From: Raillietiella orientalis
Taxonomy: Eukaryota
Length of the DNA: 20,000 nt
Direction: 5' to 3'
Assembly (NCBI GenBank): GCA_036172245.1
Contig: JAYWIR010000056.1
Location: 801,748-821,747 of the forward strand
Of this stretch, positions 19,148 to 20,000 are shown in pieces (position 1 is the first letter of the stretch; every line of letters starts with the position of its first letter). The translations under genes were made by a program, and so were the position numbers. Below the pieces are notes generated by a model that ran no database searches, had not been told where the DNA came from, and worked only from the letters and a program-made list of their open reading frames with translations.

Positions 19148-19557
19148 TTATTCAATATGTTCATGTTCATTTTCCGTCTCCCTCCAGGAAGACTGAATGA
19201 AATTCATTACTTTCCAACAAAATGCTGACTTTGCAAAATAATGCAATATACAAAATAACAAGAAAATCCACGAAATATACAACCACACATCAATTGAAGT
19301 TGATAGGTGAGAAAAAACAGGACCAGAAATATCTGCAGACGTAACATTAAGCATGAGAACAGGAGTCATTCCTAAAAAAGCAATGCATGGAAAAAGCAAA
19401 CAAAGAAAGTTTTTCACAAATAATACCTGTATTATGTGTGATAAAAGCTGCTAGGTTTTCAATTACAGAATCACTTTCGTTAAATCTACTTCTTAGCCTG
19501 CCATTATGGAAAAGCAGAATAGTGGGCACACCTATGACACCAAATCTGGATACAAGG
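19148..19557 (-). CDS. TXNDC15: Thioredoxin domain-containing protein 15, last two exons (5'-partial)
   Basis: Exons 19557-19427 (LVSRFGVIGVPTILLFHNGRLRSRFN...AAFITHNTG) and 19371-19148 (VTSADISGPV...IDVWLYISWIFLLFCIL, a TM helix, ...EHEHIE*). These resemble the human C-terminus SLSTRFGTVAVPNILLFQG...VTQADQIGP...VDWLLVFSLFFL...EHVE. Confidence 0.88.
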
Positions 19558-20000
19558 CTGAAATTGAGAAAAACCATGACATGAATATTTTCATTTAATT
19601 TAACATAAATAGTAAAAGTAGAAATTACTGTTAATTTAAATAAAATATGAACAAGACTGCTAAACGAGCGATCTGGCATTATATCTGATGCTAACCAATA
19701 ATAATGATACATAATCATTCCTTGCTATGGTTCAACACTAGTCTAAAAGAACTGCAACTGGTTGCACAATCCAGAATGATTTGCAAAGGGAACATTACTG
19801 AACACTATATGCACAAAATGTACATTTATACAAACACACATGTATATATATTTATAGATCCATGCCTGTGTGATTCAAGAATATTTGCTTTTGCAAAGCC
19901 ATAATAAACTGGCTTGTTTATTAGAATGGAAAAACTATTTTTGGGAATAGAGAAAATCGGAAAAAAATTAAAATCTAAGAAATAAAGCTGCTCACACAAT

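Overview
AT-rich, intron-dense eukaryotic (animal, probably invertebrate) genomic DNA. I could splice four conserved genes by hand with consistent exon phases. (1) ERCC6/CSB, a SNF2-family transcription-coupled repair ATPase, on + (15 exons, 1808-9892; the N-terminus was not resolved). (2) A complete NT5DC2/3-type HAD 5'-nucleotidase on - (14702-10294). (3) A complete ERCC1 on - (19018-17604). (4) The last two exons of TXNDC15 on - (19557-19148). Main oddities: one ERCC6 intron in helicase lobe 2 appears to end in TG rather than AG; the 2.9 kb ERCC6 intron carries a heavily decayed Bel/Pao-like retroelement; two NT5DC introns contain strong hairpins, one with a perfect 36-bp stem; a stop-interrupted, phase-consistent, possibly kinase-like gene relic lies between NT5DC and ERCC1; and TXNDC15 and ERCC1 are only 129 nt apart, in an operon-like arrangement. 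All homology calls come from recognising motifs by eye; no searches were run.
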